Assembly (NCBI GenBank): GCA_041576165.1
Contig: JBFGLM010000018.1
Span: forward strand, 20,549-84,548
DNA length: 64,000 nucleotides
Direction: 5' to 3'
Source: Acidimicrobiia bacterium
GTDB taxonomy: Bacteria > Actinomycetota > Acidimicrobiia > Spongiisociales > Spongiisociaceae
Shown: positions 29,560 through 39,388 of the stretch, piece after piece
Layout: every line of letters begins with the position of its first letter
Position numbering within the stretch: position 1 is the stretch's first letter
Translations under genes and position numbers: made by a program
The notes under the pieces: model-generated
Told to the model about the DNA's origin: nothing
What the model saw: the letters and a program-made list of their open reading frames with translations, nothing else
Database searches by the model: none

Positions 29560-29960
29560 GCGGGTGAGTGCCGGAGTGGCCATGTCGAGTGCTTTGTGGG
29601 GACGCCGGTAGTTGTACTTCTCGACCCAGTCGTCGATCGCCGCCTGTGCCTCCTCCATGTCGGCGAAGGTGCGTCTGCGGAGCAGTTACGGTGCGCATCC
29701 TTTTGTGGAACCGCTCTACCTGGCCGGTGGTGGTGGGAGAGCGGGGGGCGGTGAGCCGCTGGGTGATCCCGTTCTCACGACAGATCCGTTCGAACAGCAC
29801 TTCACCGGGCCGGGCTCGCCGCCGCCCGGTAAACACGGTGCCGTTGTCGGTGAGGACTTCGTCGGGGAGGCCCCAGCGTCGCATCGCTTCCCCAAACGCT
29901 CCGGCTACTGCTCGGGCGGATTCGGAGACCACTACCGCGGCCAGGACGCAGAATACAGAG
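29560..29960 (-). mobile_element. IS481-family transposase remnant (integrase core fragment)
   Basis: WGLPDEVLTDNGTVFTG...FERICRENGI...PRSPTTTGQVERFH, frameshift, then AQAAIDDWVEKYNYRRPHKALDMATPA; approximate bounds. Confidence 0.85.
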
Positions 29961-30029
29961 CCGATCCTCGACCCGTTCAGAGACATTGCCGGAGGCTCGG
30001 TGCGCTTGCTATCGGCTGGTGTGCCGGTC

Positions 30030-30115
30030 CGGTCTTGGCCGTTGATGCACTGGGAGCCTTCCGTCACGGTCCATCGCGTCCCGGCGACGACCGCCACCTG
30101 CCTGATCAGAGCCTT
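30030..30115 (-). mobile_element. Short IS701-like transposase fragment
   Basis: QVAVVAGTRWTVTEGSQCING resembles the IS701 'LVRVAGxRWxIEExFQxAK' segment. Confidence 0.45.
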
Positions 30116-30608
30116 TTGCCCCTGACCAACGATCGCCGCGCCCCATACGCTCGTAAAGACTATGCGGGCTAGGTCGGGACGCCGATGCCAATGAGCGGGG
30201 GATCTCCAGATTCCGCACCGAGGGGGCGTCCTAGCGGTGCGGGTTGCCATCGATGCGGCACTTCGGCGATCGCCGGTCGCGATCAGTTGCTCGCTCACGA
30301 CGCGCAGGAATCACCCTTTCCAACGAGGATCCCTGCGCGTGGAGTTTCTCCGTGCATCACACCCCGAAGGAGGCCGATGCCACAACCACGTCTGCACTCT
30401 AATCCACATCGCTCCCTTCCGACTCGGTCGCGTCGGACGACGGACGATGACGGCTCGCCTGGACACGTCACGTGCGCACGGTTATTGCGTCGTCGCGTGG
30501 CCGGCCTGATTCGTCGTTCGGATCTCATAATCGGGATGCAGTAGAAGACCGCTCTTCTTCTCAGCCTCCGCTCGCACTCGAGCGCGACGACTAGAGAGAG
30601 GATCAAAC

Positions 30609-32426
30609 ATGAAAAGGCGTGCGCATTTACCGATGCTCATCGCGCTGGCGTTGACCATGGCCACGATTGCCACGGTCCCGGCCGCAGCGCAACACGCGAC
30701 TGACCCGAATACCGTGCTCCTGGACGATTTCGACGGCGTCACACAGGGCGAGGAGCACGGAACCATCAGCTATGCACCGTCGCTTCCAGCGCTTGGTCAG
30801 GCCGTCGACTTGGAGCCCGGCGACTGGTTGAAGTACGCCGTGCCGCCTTGGGCCGGGCAACAAGGCACGATCGAGGCGTGGATCTACCCGGCCACCTATG
30901 GCTACAGCATCGCGCTGCTCCAGTGGATCAACACCAACACCAACCCCCCGGCCGGCTACATCGGGCACTTGAACATCAATCCCGACGGGCACCTGCAGTG
31001 GGGTTCCTGGGGTCCACCGTGGTGCTCGCCACCGACGCTGACTGGAAGCAGCGTCATTCCTCTCGAGGAATGGACACACGTCGCCGCCACCTGGAGCCCG
31101 GACGATACCCGCTTGTACGTCAACGGCGTGCTCGACTTCGTGAGCACATGTAACCGGGCGCCGGCCCTTTGGACCGATCCGACCTACGTCTACGTCAACG
31201 GCTGGGGCGACTTCGATCACGGTCTCATGGACGAGTTCCGTATCTCCAGCGTGCCGAGGAGCGAGGAGGAGATCAGGGCTTACGTGATCGAGATTCTTAA
31301 CTCGCCGCCGGTCAGCGACCCGAACGGGCCGTACCTGGGCGCGATGGACGTGGATGTCGGCTTCGACGGCACCGCATCCTCCGACCCCGACGGCGACCCC
31401 CTCGTGTACGACTGGGACTGGGGCGACACCACGGCCTCCTCTAACGCGGGGGCGATGCCGACCCACACCTATGACGCTGCGGGGATCTACGACATATGCC
31501 TGACGGTGACCGACGCCTTTGGGGAGTCGAACACCGCGTGTACCTACATCGTGGTGTACGACTCCGACGGGGGATTCGTCACCGGCGGCGGCTGGATCGA
31601 ATCGCCCGCGAACGCCTACTACCCGGCGGATATGCCGTTCTTTGATGGCAGCTACTACGACATCTTCTTCTCGGAAGAGCCGCTGGATTTCTTCGATGCG
31701 CGTGACCTAGTGGCCGGGATGAGTTGTGATCGGTGTGAGAGCGCCCATCTCGCCACGGTTACTTCCCAAGGCGAGTACGACACGGTCCTTGAGTTGTTCG
31801 ACGAGTTCGGTGGTGCGGTGTTGGGTGGCTTCCAAGAAGAGGGGGTGTCCCCGCCCTATGCCGGTTGGCAGTGGGTCACCGGTGAGTCGTTCGACTTCGA
31901 GGCCACGCTCGATTGGTGGCTCCCAGGCGAACCAAACGACTGCGGCCCCTCGAACACAGACGAATGTGTTCCTGGCTCCGAGCAGGTCCTAGAAATGTAC
32001 TCGGACCCGGAAGGCTGGAACGATGTCCCCTTCTACGAGCCGAGGAATGTCTTCATGGTCGAGTACGAGGACTGTGATTTTGGACCCACCGGCAAGGCGA
32101 CATTCGCGTTTGTCTCCAAGTACAAGAAGGGTGCGTCGGCGCCGACCGGCAACACCGAGTTCCGGTTCAACGCTGGAGACCTTAACTTCCATTCGACCAG
32201 CTACGACTGGCTGGTGGTGACGGGTTCCGACTACGCCAAGTTCAAGGGCACGGGAACCATCAACGGTGAGGGTGAGTACAAGTTCCAGATATGGGCTGGA
32301 GACGGTGACCCCGACACCTTCCGTATCAAGATCTGGTACGAAGACGGCGGAGAGGTTGTCGTCTACGACAATGGAATGAACCAACCAATCGGCGGCGGCA
32401 GCATCATTGTTCATGCAAGGAAATAG
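30609..32426 (+). CDS. Secreted modular protein: LamG + PKD + 'GGFVTGGGWI' C-terminal domain with a C-type lectin insert
   Basis: Signal peptide (PAAA-Q); GTIEAWIYP...WTHVAATW...LYVNG...MDEFRIS; FDGTASSDPDGDPLVYDWDWGD; HLATVTS...WQWVTGE...PGEPND...WNDVP. Confidence 0.85.
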   Translation: MKRRAHLPMLIALALTMATIATVPAAAQHATDPNTVLLDDFDGVTQGEEHGTISYAPSLPALGQAVDLEPGDWLKYAVPPWAGQQGTIEAWIYPATYGYSIALLQWINTNTNPPAGYIGHLNINPDGHLQWGSWGPPWCSPPTLTGSSVIPLEEWTHVAATWSPDDTRLYVNGVLDFVSTCNRAPALWTDPTYVYVNGWGDFDHGLMDEFRISSVPRSEEEIRAYVIEILNSPPVSDPNGPYLGAMDVDVGFDGTASSDPDGDPLVYDWDWGDTTASSNAGAMPTHTYDAAGIYDICLTVTDAFGESNTACTYIVVYDSDGGFVTGGGWIESPANAYYPADMPFFDGSYYDIFFSEEPLDFFDARDLVAGMSCDRCESAHLATVTSQGEYDTVLELFDEFGGAVLGGFQEEGVSPPYAGWQWVTGESFDFEATLDWWLPGEPNDCGPSNTDECVPGSEQVLEMYSDPEGWNDVPFYEPRNVFMVEYEDCDFGPTGKATFAFVSKYKKGASAPTGNTEFRFNAGDLNFHSTSYDWLVVTGSDYAKFKGTGTINGEGEYKFQIWAGDGDPDTFRIKIWYEDGGEVVVYDNGMNQPIGGGSIIVHARK

Positions 32427-32446
32427 CCCCACCAACGCACGTCTAC

Positions 32447-32474
32447 GGGGAGCGACCACACCGGGTGGCTCCCC
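32447..32474 (+). terminator. Putative intrinsic terminator hairpin
   Basis: GGGGAGC...GCTCCCC stem 20 nt after the stop; weak U-tract. Confidence 0.5.
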
Positions 32475-32726
32475 GTTCCCGCGGATCATCTCTCCGTTTC
32501 AGCGCGGCCCTCCCCGCAGCAAGCTCACCTGCACGGTGACCGCTGATAGCGCACCTGTATGGCGTTCCTAGCCATGGACTGACACGTGGGTCAGGCCGCC
32601 AGCACCATCGACGGCCGTCCTGCGCTGGTGGCGGAACGGTGGGGCCGACAGTCGATGGCGAAGCGTGACCTGCATCGCCTATCGTCTCCCTAGCGGGCAC
32701 TCATCGCAAAGTGGGGGGTTGAGCCA

Positions 32727-34412
32727 ATGGCCTATGCGAGCAGACGGAGCCTCGTCGTCCCCTTCGTCGTCGCCCTCGTCGGATCCGTAATGCTCGCCAT
32801 CGCCTCCGATCGGCCAGCGCTGGCGGCCGGATCCGAGATCAGTACGATCTCCAACCCGAGCGCGCTGGAGGGTGGTGACTCCGGGACCACCAACGTCACG
32901 TTCGTGGTCACCGCCACCTGCACGGAGGCGCTCAATGTCATCATCGACTGGCGTATCGACGACGGCACGGCCACCACCGCCGACAACGACTACGACGACG
33001 CCACCGGACAGCTCGACGACGTGTGCCAGGCAGCCGGCACCGAGACGTTTAACATCACGGTGTCGGTCAACGGCGACACCAACTTCGAGGCCAACGAGAC
33101 GTTCGACCTGGTGCTGGTCAACCCGTCGATCGGCACACCGAGCTTCGCGCTGACCGCCGACACCGGCACCGCCACGATCCTCAACGACGACGCAGCCAAC
33201 CAGCCGCCCGCCGTCACCGTCGACCAAGCAGCGGTGACGGTCGGCGAGGGGAGCACCGCCCTCAACGGCGGCACCGTCGCGGACCCGGACGGCGACCAGG
33301 TGACGATCTCGGCGTCGGTCGGTTCGGTGACGAACAACGGCGACGGCACATGGAGCTGGTCGTACCCGACCACCGACGGTCCCGACGAGTCCCAGACCGT
33401 GACCATCACCGCCGACGACGGCAGCCTGACCACCTCTACCGCGTTCCAGGTTGTCGTGATGAACGTGGCGCCGAGCGTCGCTGCCGACAACGCCTCGGTC
33501 GTCGTGGCCGAGGGCGCGACTGCGGCGAACACGGGGACGTTCTCCGACCCGGGCGCCGACACCGTGACGATCGGGGCGTCGGTGGGCACGGTGACCCAGG
33601 GCGCCGGCACCTGGAGTTGGTCGTACCCGACCACCGACGGTTTCGGCGACTCCCAGACCGCGACCATCACTGCCACCGACAGCGACGGCGCCTCGTCCGC
33701 CACCACGTTCGACCTCGGCGTCACCAACGTGGCGCCGACCGCAGATGCCGGCCCCCACCAGACGGTGTTCCGCTTCGACCCGGTGACGGTCACCGGCACG
33801 TGGACGGACCCGGCCGGCAGCGCCGACGACGACTATTCGTGGAGCTGGGACCTCGACGGAGATGCCGTCGTCGACGACTCCGGCACGGCGGGCTCCGGCT
33901 CGACGATCACCAGGGCAACGTCGTTCGCCCTCGAGGGCGTCTACACCCTGACCTTCGGCGTCACCGATAAGGACGGGGCGAGCGACAGCGACACGGTCGA
34001 GATCGAGGTGCTCAACCAGCCCCCGGTGTGCACGGCCGCCCGACCGAGCGTCGGCACCCTGTGGCCGCCCAACCACCGCCTGGTCGACGTAGCGGTCCTC
34101 GCGGTAACCGACCCCGAAGGCGATCCGATCGTCGTCACCATCGACTCGATCTTCCAGGACGAGCCCGTGGGAGGCCTGGGCGACGGAAACACGGCACCTG
34201 ACGGTTTCGGCGTTGGCACGTCGACGGCGTCCGTCCGGGCAGAGCGCGACGGCGCCGGCAATGGGCGCGTGTACCACGTCGCCTTCACCGCGGGCGACGG
34301 CCATGGGGGCTCGTGCTCATCGGTGATCCAGGTGAGCGTGCCCGTCAGTCAGCGCATGGGCGGCGCTTTCGTCGACGACGGAGCCCTGTTCGACTCGACG
34401 GCCGCTCCGTAG
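32727..34412 (+). CDS. Secreted adhesin-like protein: Calx-beta + two cadherin/Ig-like repeats + PKD-like + LWPPNH C-terminal domain
   Basis: Signal peptide; EGGDSGTT...DGTATT..NDY...VNGDTNFEANETFDLVL...GTATILNDD; LWPPNH, RAERDGAGNGRVY. Confidence 0.85.
   Translation: MAYASRRSLVVPFVVALVGSVMLAIASDRPALAAGSEISTISNPSALEGGDSGTTNVTFVVTATCTEALNVIIDWRIDDGTATTADNDYDDATGQLDDVCQAAGTETFNITVSVNGDTNFEANETFDLVLVNPSIGTPSFALTADTGTATILNDDAANQPPAVTVDQAAVTVGEGSTALNGGTVADPDGDQVTISASVGSVTNNGDGTWSWSYPTTDGPDESQTVTITADDGSLTTSTAFQVVVMNVAPSVAADNASVVVAEGATAANTGTFSDPGADTVTIGASVGTVTQGAGTWSWSYPTTDGFGDSQTATITATDSDGASSATTFDLGVTNVAPTADAGPHQTVFRFDPVTVTGTWTDPAGSADDDYSWSWDLDGDAVVDDSGTAGSGSTITRATSFALEGVYTLTFGVTDKDGASDSDTVEIEVLNQPPVCTAARPSVGTLWPPNHRLVDVAVLAVTDPEGDPIVVTIDSIFQDEPVGGLGDGNTAPDGFGVGTSTASVRAERDGAGNGRVYHVAFTAGDGHGGSCSSVIQVSVPVSQRMGGAFVDDGALFDSTAAP
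33198..33725 (+). repeat. Two tandem ~264-bp (88-aa) intragenic Ig-like repeats
   Basis: Both units carry D.VTI.ASVG.VT...GTWSWSYPTTDG...SQT.TITA.D. Confidence 0.85.
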
Positions 34413-34439
34413 GTCCGCCGGTCGCTGCCGACCCGTTCC

Positions 34440-34767
34440 ACGAAGCGTCGGGCAGGCTCACGGCTGGCACCAACGCCATCGCCCAGGCCGGCATCACTTC
34501 GGATGCGGAAGCAATGTCGACTGCCCCAAGCAGCTCATAGCCCGAGTGGAGCATGGCGTCATAGAGGTCGTTCTTGGTGGCGAAGTATTGATACAGCGAG
34601 GGAGCCTTCATCCCAACGCTGGCCGCTACGTGGCGCATGGAGAAGCCCTCGATCCCTTCCGCTCGAGCAAGCTCCCAAGCGGCTTCAACGATCTCGGCCC
34701 TGGACTCAAGGTGTCGTCTCGTTCTTCGGTCGAGCTCTTGACTCGGAGATCGCTGGGTGATGCCCAG
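34440..34767 (-). pseudogene. TetR-family regulator fragment (HTH only)
   Basis: RRTRRHLESRAEIVEAAWELARAEGIEGFSMRHVAASVGMKAPSLYQYFATKNDLYDAM; no canonical start upstream of the HTH; frame runs into the convergent gene. Confidence 0.7.
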
Positions 34768-35076
34768 TCACCGCGAGGGCTGACCGCAATCCAGAGCGAC
34801 CTTGCCGGTCTCATCGATGCTGACACCCTCGCGACGCAGCAGTGGTTCCTGTGTCGGGCGGTGGGTCCGGTACAGGCGGCCCGACGAAGGTATGACTCGC
34901 CACCAGGGCAGATCGGGGAACCGTCGCAAGACATTCGCCACTGCCTGCGCAGATCCCGGATGTCCTGCCTCCGCTGCCACCTCCGCATACGTGGCGACGT
35001 CGCCAGGTCGCAGCGACGCGACGATGGCTGTCACTGCCCGCTGGAAGTCTGTCGGTTGCTGAGGCGGGTTCGGCAT
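34768..35076 (-). CDS. Alkyltransferase-like (ATL/MGMT family) DNA-damage binding protein
   Basis: PGDVATYAEVA...AQAVANVL...LPWWRV (Trp replaces the active Cys)...QEPLLRREGV. Confidence 0.88.
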   Translation of the reverse strand: MPNPPQQPTDFQRAVTAIVASLRPGDVATYAEVAAEAGHPGSAQAVANVLRRFPDLPWWRVIPSSGRLYRTHRPTQEPLLRREGVSIDETGKVALDCGQPSR

Positions 35077-35309
35077 CCCACCGGGCGGCATAGTCATGAC
35101 GTCCAGGATGACATCTCCCCGAGGTTCGATGTTCGACCGGCTGGACCGTTTGAACGTCGCCGGCCTGGTTGGGCTACTCAAACGTATAGACACATTTCGG
35201 ATAATTCTCATGGAAAGACCGTCCACCTTTGCGCCAGACAACGATAGGGTGCGAACGACGGCCAGTCAGGACCGCGTGCCAGGCGCGGGGCCGCAGTGGG
35301 GAGGGGCAC

Positions 35310-38300
35310 ATGACGGGATCTCGGTACGCTCGAATGCGAGGGGCAGCGGCCGACAGGCTTGCACTGCTGTTGGTGCTGAGCTTAGTTGCGTCCCTCGCAA
35401 TGGTTGGTTCGCCCGAGGAAGCCGCGGGCTCTGAGCCACCGGTGCCGTCGCTGTGGCTTGTTGACGACGGCACTGACATGACGTACAACGTCACACCCGA
35501 CGGCGACCTCAACTTCTCGTTTGCCACTCCCAGGAATGCCGTCTCGTCCGTTGCGCTCGACCCAACTGATCAGTCGTTGTGGGGCGCGAATGACGGGGCC
35601 ACGAGCCGGCTCGTCAACTACACCTACGAGGTCGTCGACGGGCAAGCGGTGGCAGTCGTCCTGCAGGAGATTCTCGGGTCGGAATTCGGGGCTGTGAGCG
35701 GCGAGGGTGTAGCCGTCACATTCAACCCCGGGAACGACACCCTGTGGGTGGTCGATGATCCCCTCATCTCTTCTGAACTCGAGCCAACCGTATTCAATAT
35801 CACCCAGGACGGAACGCTGATCTCGTCATTCCCTACGAGCACGTTCGATCCTGCATCGCGTAGCCCACAGGCCATTGCGTTCGACCAGTACACCGACACG
35901 CTGTGGATCACCGACAATTCCGCAGACAAGATCTACAACGTGACGTTCAATGGGACCTTGATCAGCACCATCCCGCTGAACGTGGAGCCGTTTTCGATAC
36001 GCAACGTGCAGGGCGTCTCGGTCGAATCCGCCAACGTCCTATGGTTGACCGCCCGAGATACCGATCTGGTCTACCGGATCTCGACCGACGGGACGATATT
36101 GTCGACGTTCTCGATCAGCCACGTCGACGCCAACGCCGGCAATCCGACCGGCGTTGCGTATGACCCCGGTTCGGCAGCCTTGCGGCTGGGGGAGGCGGGA
36201 TCATTCGCGATGCTGGGGCTTGCGGGCGCCAAGCTCAAACTGGAGGATGTCGCGCAGGCGTCCGGTGTCGTTGGCGACGTTGGCCTCTCGGCCGGGGCGA
36301 AGCAGGAGTTCAATGACGGCTTGCTGACCGGAAGCTATATCGTCGATCCGGATGCCGACAATGACCAGTCCCACGATGTGGTGATCTCCGGCGAAACTCT
36401 GACAGCCGATCTCTCCCAAGCCGTCACCGACGCACTGGATCTCGCGTCGACTTCGGCGGCGCTGCCATCCGATTTCACGTTCGACGAAATCAAAACCAAC
36501 ACGGTCGTGGTCGGGGCGCCGGGCATCAACGTCATAGATACAAACAAGATCGAGCTGGACGGCGAAACACTTCGACTTGAGGGCTTCCCGACGTCCGTCT
36601 TCATCATCAACGTCGGACAATCGTTCAAACTCAAGAACGGCAGCTCGATGCAACTGACCGGAGGCGTCGATCCAACCAACGTGCTGGTCAACATCACCGG
36701 CGGATCGGACTCTGCGATCGAGGGTGGAAGTGTGGCCGCCGGCACGATCCTGGCCCCGGCCGCCAAGATGAAGATCAAGGACCAGGGCTCGTTCTTGCTT
36801 GGTTCGATCATCGGCGGCGAAGAAATCAAGCTAGAGAGTGGTGGGCGTTTGCGCTCATTCAGCGAGGCCATCACTCCTGGAACTGCCCTGGCTCCACCGG
36901 GCGTCGCCGTCGTGGCTTTGCCTGGGACGAAAGCGAAGCTGAAGGACCCGAACTCGCTCGTATCAGGTGATGTCCTCCTGGGGCCGGCCTCTGAGCAGGA
37001 CTTTGACAGCGGTGTTATCGCGGGGACGCTGCAGCTGGACCCAACGGCCAACGCTTCCAGCAATCACGCAGTCGAGATCAGCGGCGGCACCGTCGAGATG
37101 GATCTCTCGCGCGTCGTCGCCGACCTGGTCGACGCGTCGACAGCCTATGCGAACATGACTCCTGCGCAGAGTTTCGACGAGATAGAGAGCACGACGACGA
37201 TCGCCGGAGTGACTGGACTCAACGTCATCCACGCCGAGAAGATCGAGCTCGACAACGGCGAGCAGCTGATCCTGACCGGTGATGCCACCGCCAAGTTCGT
37301 ATTCAACCTGTCGGACAAGTTCAAGCTCAAAGAGGGGAGCGCGATCGTGCTCTCAGAGGACCTACCCGCCGAAAACGTGGTCTTCAACGTGCGCGGCAAT
37401 TCCGACTCCGCGGTGGAGGGCAGCAGCGTTGGTCGGGGCACCATCCTCGCTCCATATGCAAACAAAGTGAAGGTCAAGGATGCCGGATCGGCGGTGTTCG
37501 GTGCATTGATCGGTTCCGGTGAGGTCATCATCGAATCAGGAGGTGCGGTAGATCATGGCCTTCCACCAACTCCTTCGCTCGCACAAACGAGCTTTCGTGT
37601 TCGGGACGACTCCACGGCGCTGGCCGCTGATAGCGGGTGGCTGGGCTTGCTCAACGAAGCCGTGACCGTCGCCGCGGAGACGACATTCCGGCTACGACTG
37701 GAGATCGAAGAGACAAATGGTGCACGGGCGGAGGCCGCCTTCCTGCTCCAGTACCGCCAAAACGGCGGGGCGTGGACAGATGTCCACACCAGCCGCCCAA
37801 TAGACGAACGCGATCGTTCCGCTACCCACGGAGTCGAATCGTGGCCCACCACGCACTACGCGACGGGTGATCCCACCGACGATCTGCTGGCCGGGTCAGG
37901 TCGTGATTTCGTTGGCGGCATCGCCAGCGCCGCCCCATCCAACGGCACGGCGTCGGTGGTGTTGGAGGGGGAGCACACCGAGCTGGAATGGGCCATACGG
38001 ATCCACAAGTTCTACGACGGCAGATCGATCAACCAGGTGGGAGACACCTTCGAGTTCCGGGTGGTCCTCGCCGACGGTACACCGCTCGACAGCTACGCAG
38101 CCACCCCGGTGCTCAGCCTCGATTGGCCCGATGGGCTCGTCGGCGGGACCTATGTCGAGAGTCCCCACCGTCTCGGACCATTCCGCGACGGCAACGGCAA
38201 TCTGTATTTCCCCGTCGAGTATGCCGAAACCGATGCCGAGTGGGTGATGTTGAAATCTCCGGATGGCGGCGTCACCTGGACGCCGGTGGATGAGGCCGGG

Positions 38301-39293
38301 GCGCCGGGGAGCGGCGACCTCGAGAGCGTGGATATCCACCAGGTCGGAGACACTCTTCATATCCTGCACACCGGCGGTTCGACGGCCTCACTCCATCTCC
38401 GCTACTACACGTTCTCGATGTCGGACCATCCTTCGACGCCCGATGCATGGGGCGTGGATGAGCTGGTGACGAGCGGTTTCGCAGCCGGTGACCAGTCTTC
38501 TGCGCTCGGCGTGCTCGACGATGGGCGAGTCCGTGCGTTCTTCCGCTACGACCGTGGCGGATCGGATCGGATCGGCTACCGGACCCGGGCGGTCGATGGC
38601 AGCTGGGATGCCACCACGACCGAGATCGACAGTGAGGCGGTGGATTTCACCGATGTGGTCGTCGCCCGGTCCGCTGCTGAGGGGGATCTGGTCCATGTCT
38701 TTTACAACGACAACAGCAATGGCGTGTTCTATCACCGCGCCCTGGATGGTGACGGCGCATTGTCGCCTCGGTCATTGATCGCCTCCGGCACCGGGACGCA
38801 GAGCGCCGACGAGCAGCCGCTCGTCCCGGCCGTGGTCTGGGACGACGGCAACGATATGGTGATGGTTGGTTACTGGAGCGAGACGTCCGGGAGGCGGCTG
38901 CGGGCGGCAGTGCTGAAGAACGGTGGCGTCGTCTCGGACCGCCGCTGGTCGGATGACGTGCCGGCCCAGGATCGGGGAACATCGTCGCAACCCGTGGCGG
39001 ACCTGGCGAATGACGGCAGCACCGTGTACGGGTTGTTTGCCGATACCGGTTCCCCAGATCAGCTCTACGCCGATGTGAATGTCGACGATACGAGCTGGGG
39101 CCCCGACATACCTCAGTTTGCGAATCCTAACGATGATTTTGGCTGGATCCGTGGCAGGATCTTCACACACGCGGCATCCAACGGCGGTGCGAAGGTGTAC
39201 GGCTTCGTCTACGACATCGGTAACGAGGCGGACCGGGTGGGCTACGGCACCGGGTACGTCTACTACGGAGAGCTGGCCGTCCCCTTCGGATGA
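35310..39293 (+). CDS. Large secreted protein: beta-propeller + two DUF3494/ice-binding-like beta-solenoids + Asp-box C-terminal domain
   Basis: GAGGGG RBS, signal peptide; repeated 'LW..D...YNVT.DG.LISSF' blades; LGEAGSFAML...GDVGL...VFIINV...NVLVNI...GTILAP twice; KSPDGGVTW. Confidence 0.8.
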   Translation: MTGSRYARMRGAAADRLALLLVLSLVASLAMVGSPEEAAGSEPPVPSLWLVDDGTDMTYNVTPDGDLNFSFATPRNAVSSVALDPTDQSLWGANDGATSRLVNYTYEVVDGQAVAVVLQEILGSEFGAVSGEGVAVTFNPGNDTLWVVDDPLISSELEPTVFNITQDGTLISSFPTSTFDPASRSPQAIAFDQYTDTLWITDNSADKIYNVTFNGTLISTIPLNVEPFSIRNVQGVSVESANVLWLTARDTDLVYRISTDGTILSTFSISHVDANAGNPTGVAYDPGSAALRLGEAGSFAMLGLAGAKLKLEDVAQASGVVGDVGLSAGAKQEFNDGLLTGSYIVDPDADNDQSHDVVISGETLTADLSQAVTDALDLASTSAALPSDFTFDEIKTNTVVVGAPGINVIDTNKIELDGETLRLEGFPTSVFIINVGQSFKLKNGSSMQLTGGVDPTNVLVNITGGSDSAIEGGSVAAGTILAPAAKMKIKDQGSFLLGSIIGGEEIKLESGGRLRSFSEAITPGTALAPPGVAVVALPGTKAKLKDPNSLVSGDVLLGPASEQDFDSGVIAGTLQLDPTANASSNHAVEISGGTVEMDLSRVVADLVDASTAYANMTPAQSFDEIESTTTIAGVTGLNVIHAEKIELDNGEQLILTGDATAKFVFNLSDKFKLKEGSAIVLSEDLPAENVVFNVRGNSDSAVEGSSVGRGTILAPYANKVKVKDAGSAVFGALIGSGEVIIESGGAVDHGLPPTPSLAQTSFRVRDDSTALAADSGWLGLLNEAVTVAAETTFRLRLEIEETNGARAEAAFLLQYRQNGGAWTDVHTSRPIDERDRSATHGVESWPTTHYATGDPTDDLLAGSGRDFVGGIASAAPSNGTASVVLEGEHTELEWAIRIHKFYDGRSINQVGDTFEFRVVLADGTPLDSYAATPVLSLDWPDGLVGGTYVESPHRLGPFRDGNGNLYFPVEYAETDAEWVMLKSPDGGVTWTPVDEAGAPGSGDLESVDIHQVGDTLHILHTGGSTASLHLRYYTFSMSDHPSTPDAWGVDELVTSGFAAGDQSSALGVLDDGRVRAFFRYDRGGSDRIGYRTRAVDGSWDATTTEIDSEAVDFTDVVVARSAAEGDLVHVFYNDNSNGVFYHRALDGDGALSPRSLIASGTGTQSADEQPLVPAVVWDDGNDMVMVGYWSETSGRRLRAAVLKNGGVVSDRRWSDDVPAQDRGTSSQPVADLANDGSTVYGLFADTGSPDQLYADVNVDDTSWGPDIPQFANPNDDFGWIRGRIFTHAASNGGAKVYGFVYDIGNEADRVGYGTGYVYYGELAVPFG

Positions 39294-39388
39294 GCCGGCC
39301 TGGAGGCGTGCGATAGCCGGGACCGCTCTCCAGGCTGTCCGGCCGCGCAGCGAGAATCGTTCTCGGCTGTGTTCGGGCATCGTTGTGC

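Noticed and set aside
32679-34304. 541-aa minus-strand ORF and other long overlapping ORFs here
   Set aside because: Antisense to the Calx-beta protein; low-complexity Arg/Gly/Val translation
35123-35137. GTTCGATGTTCGA upstream of the ATL gene as a LexA box
   Set aside because: Direct repeat, not the TCGAAC-N4-GTTCGA palindrome
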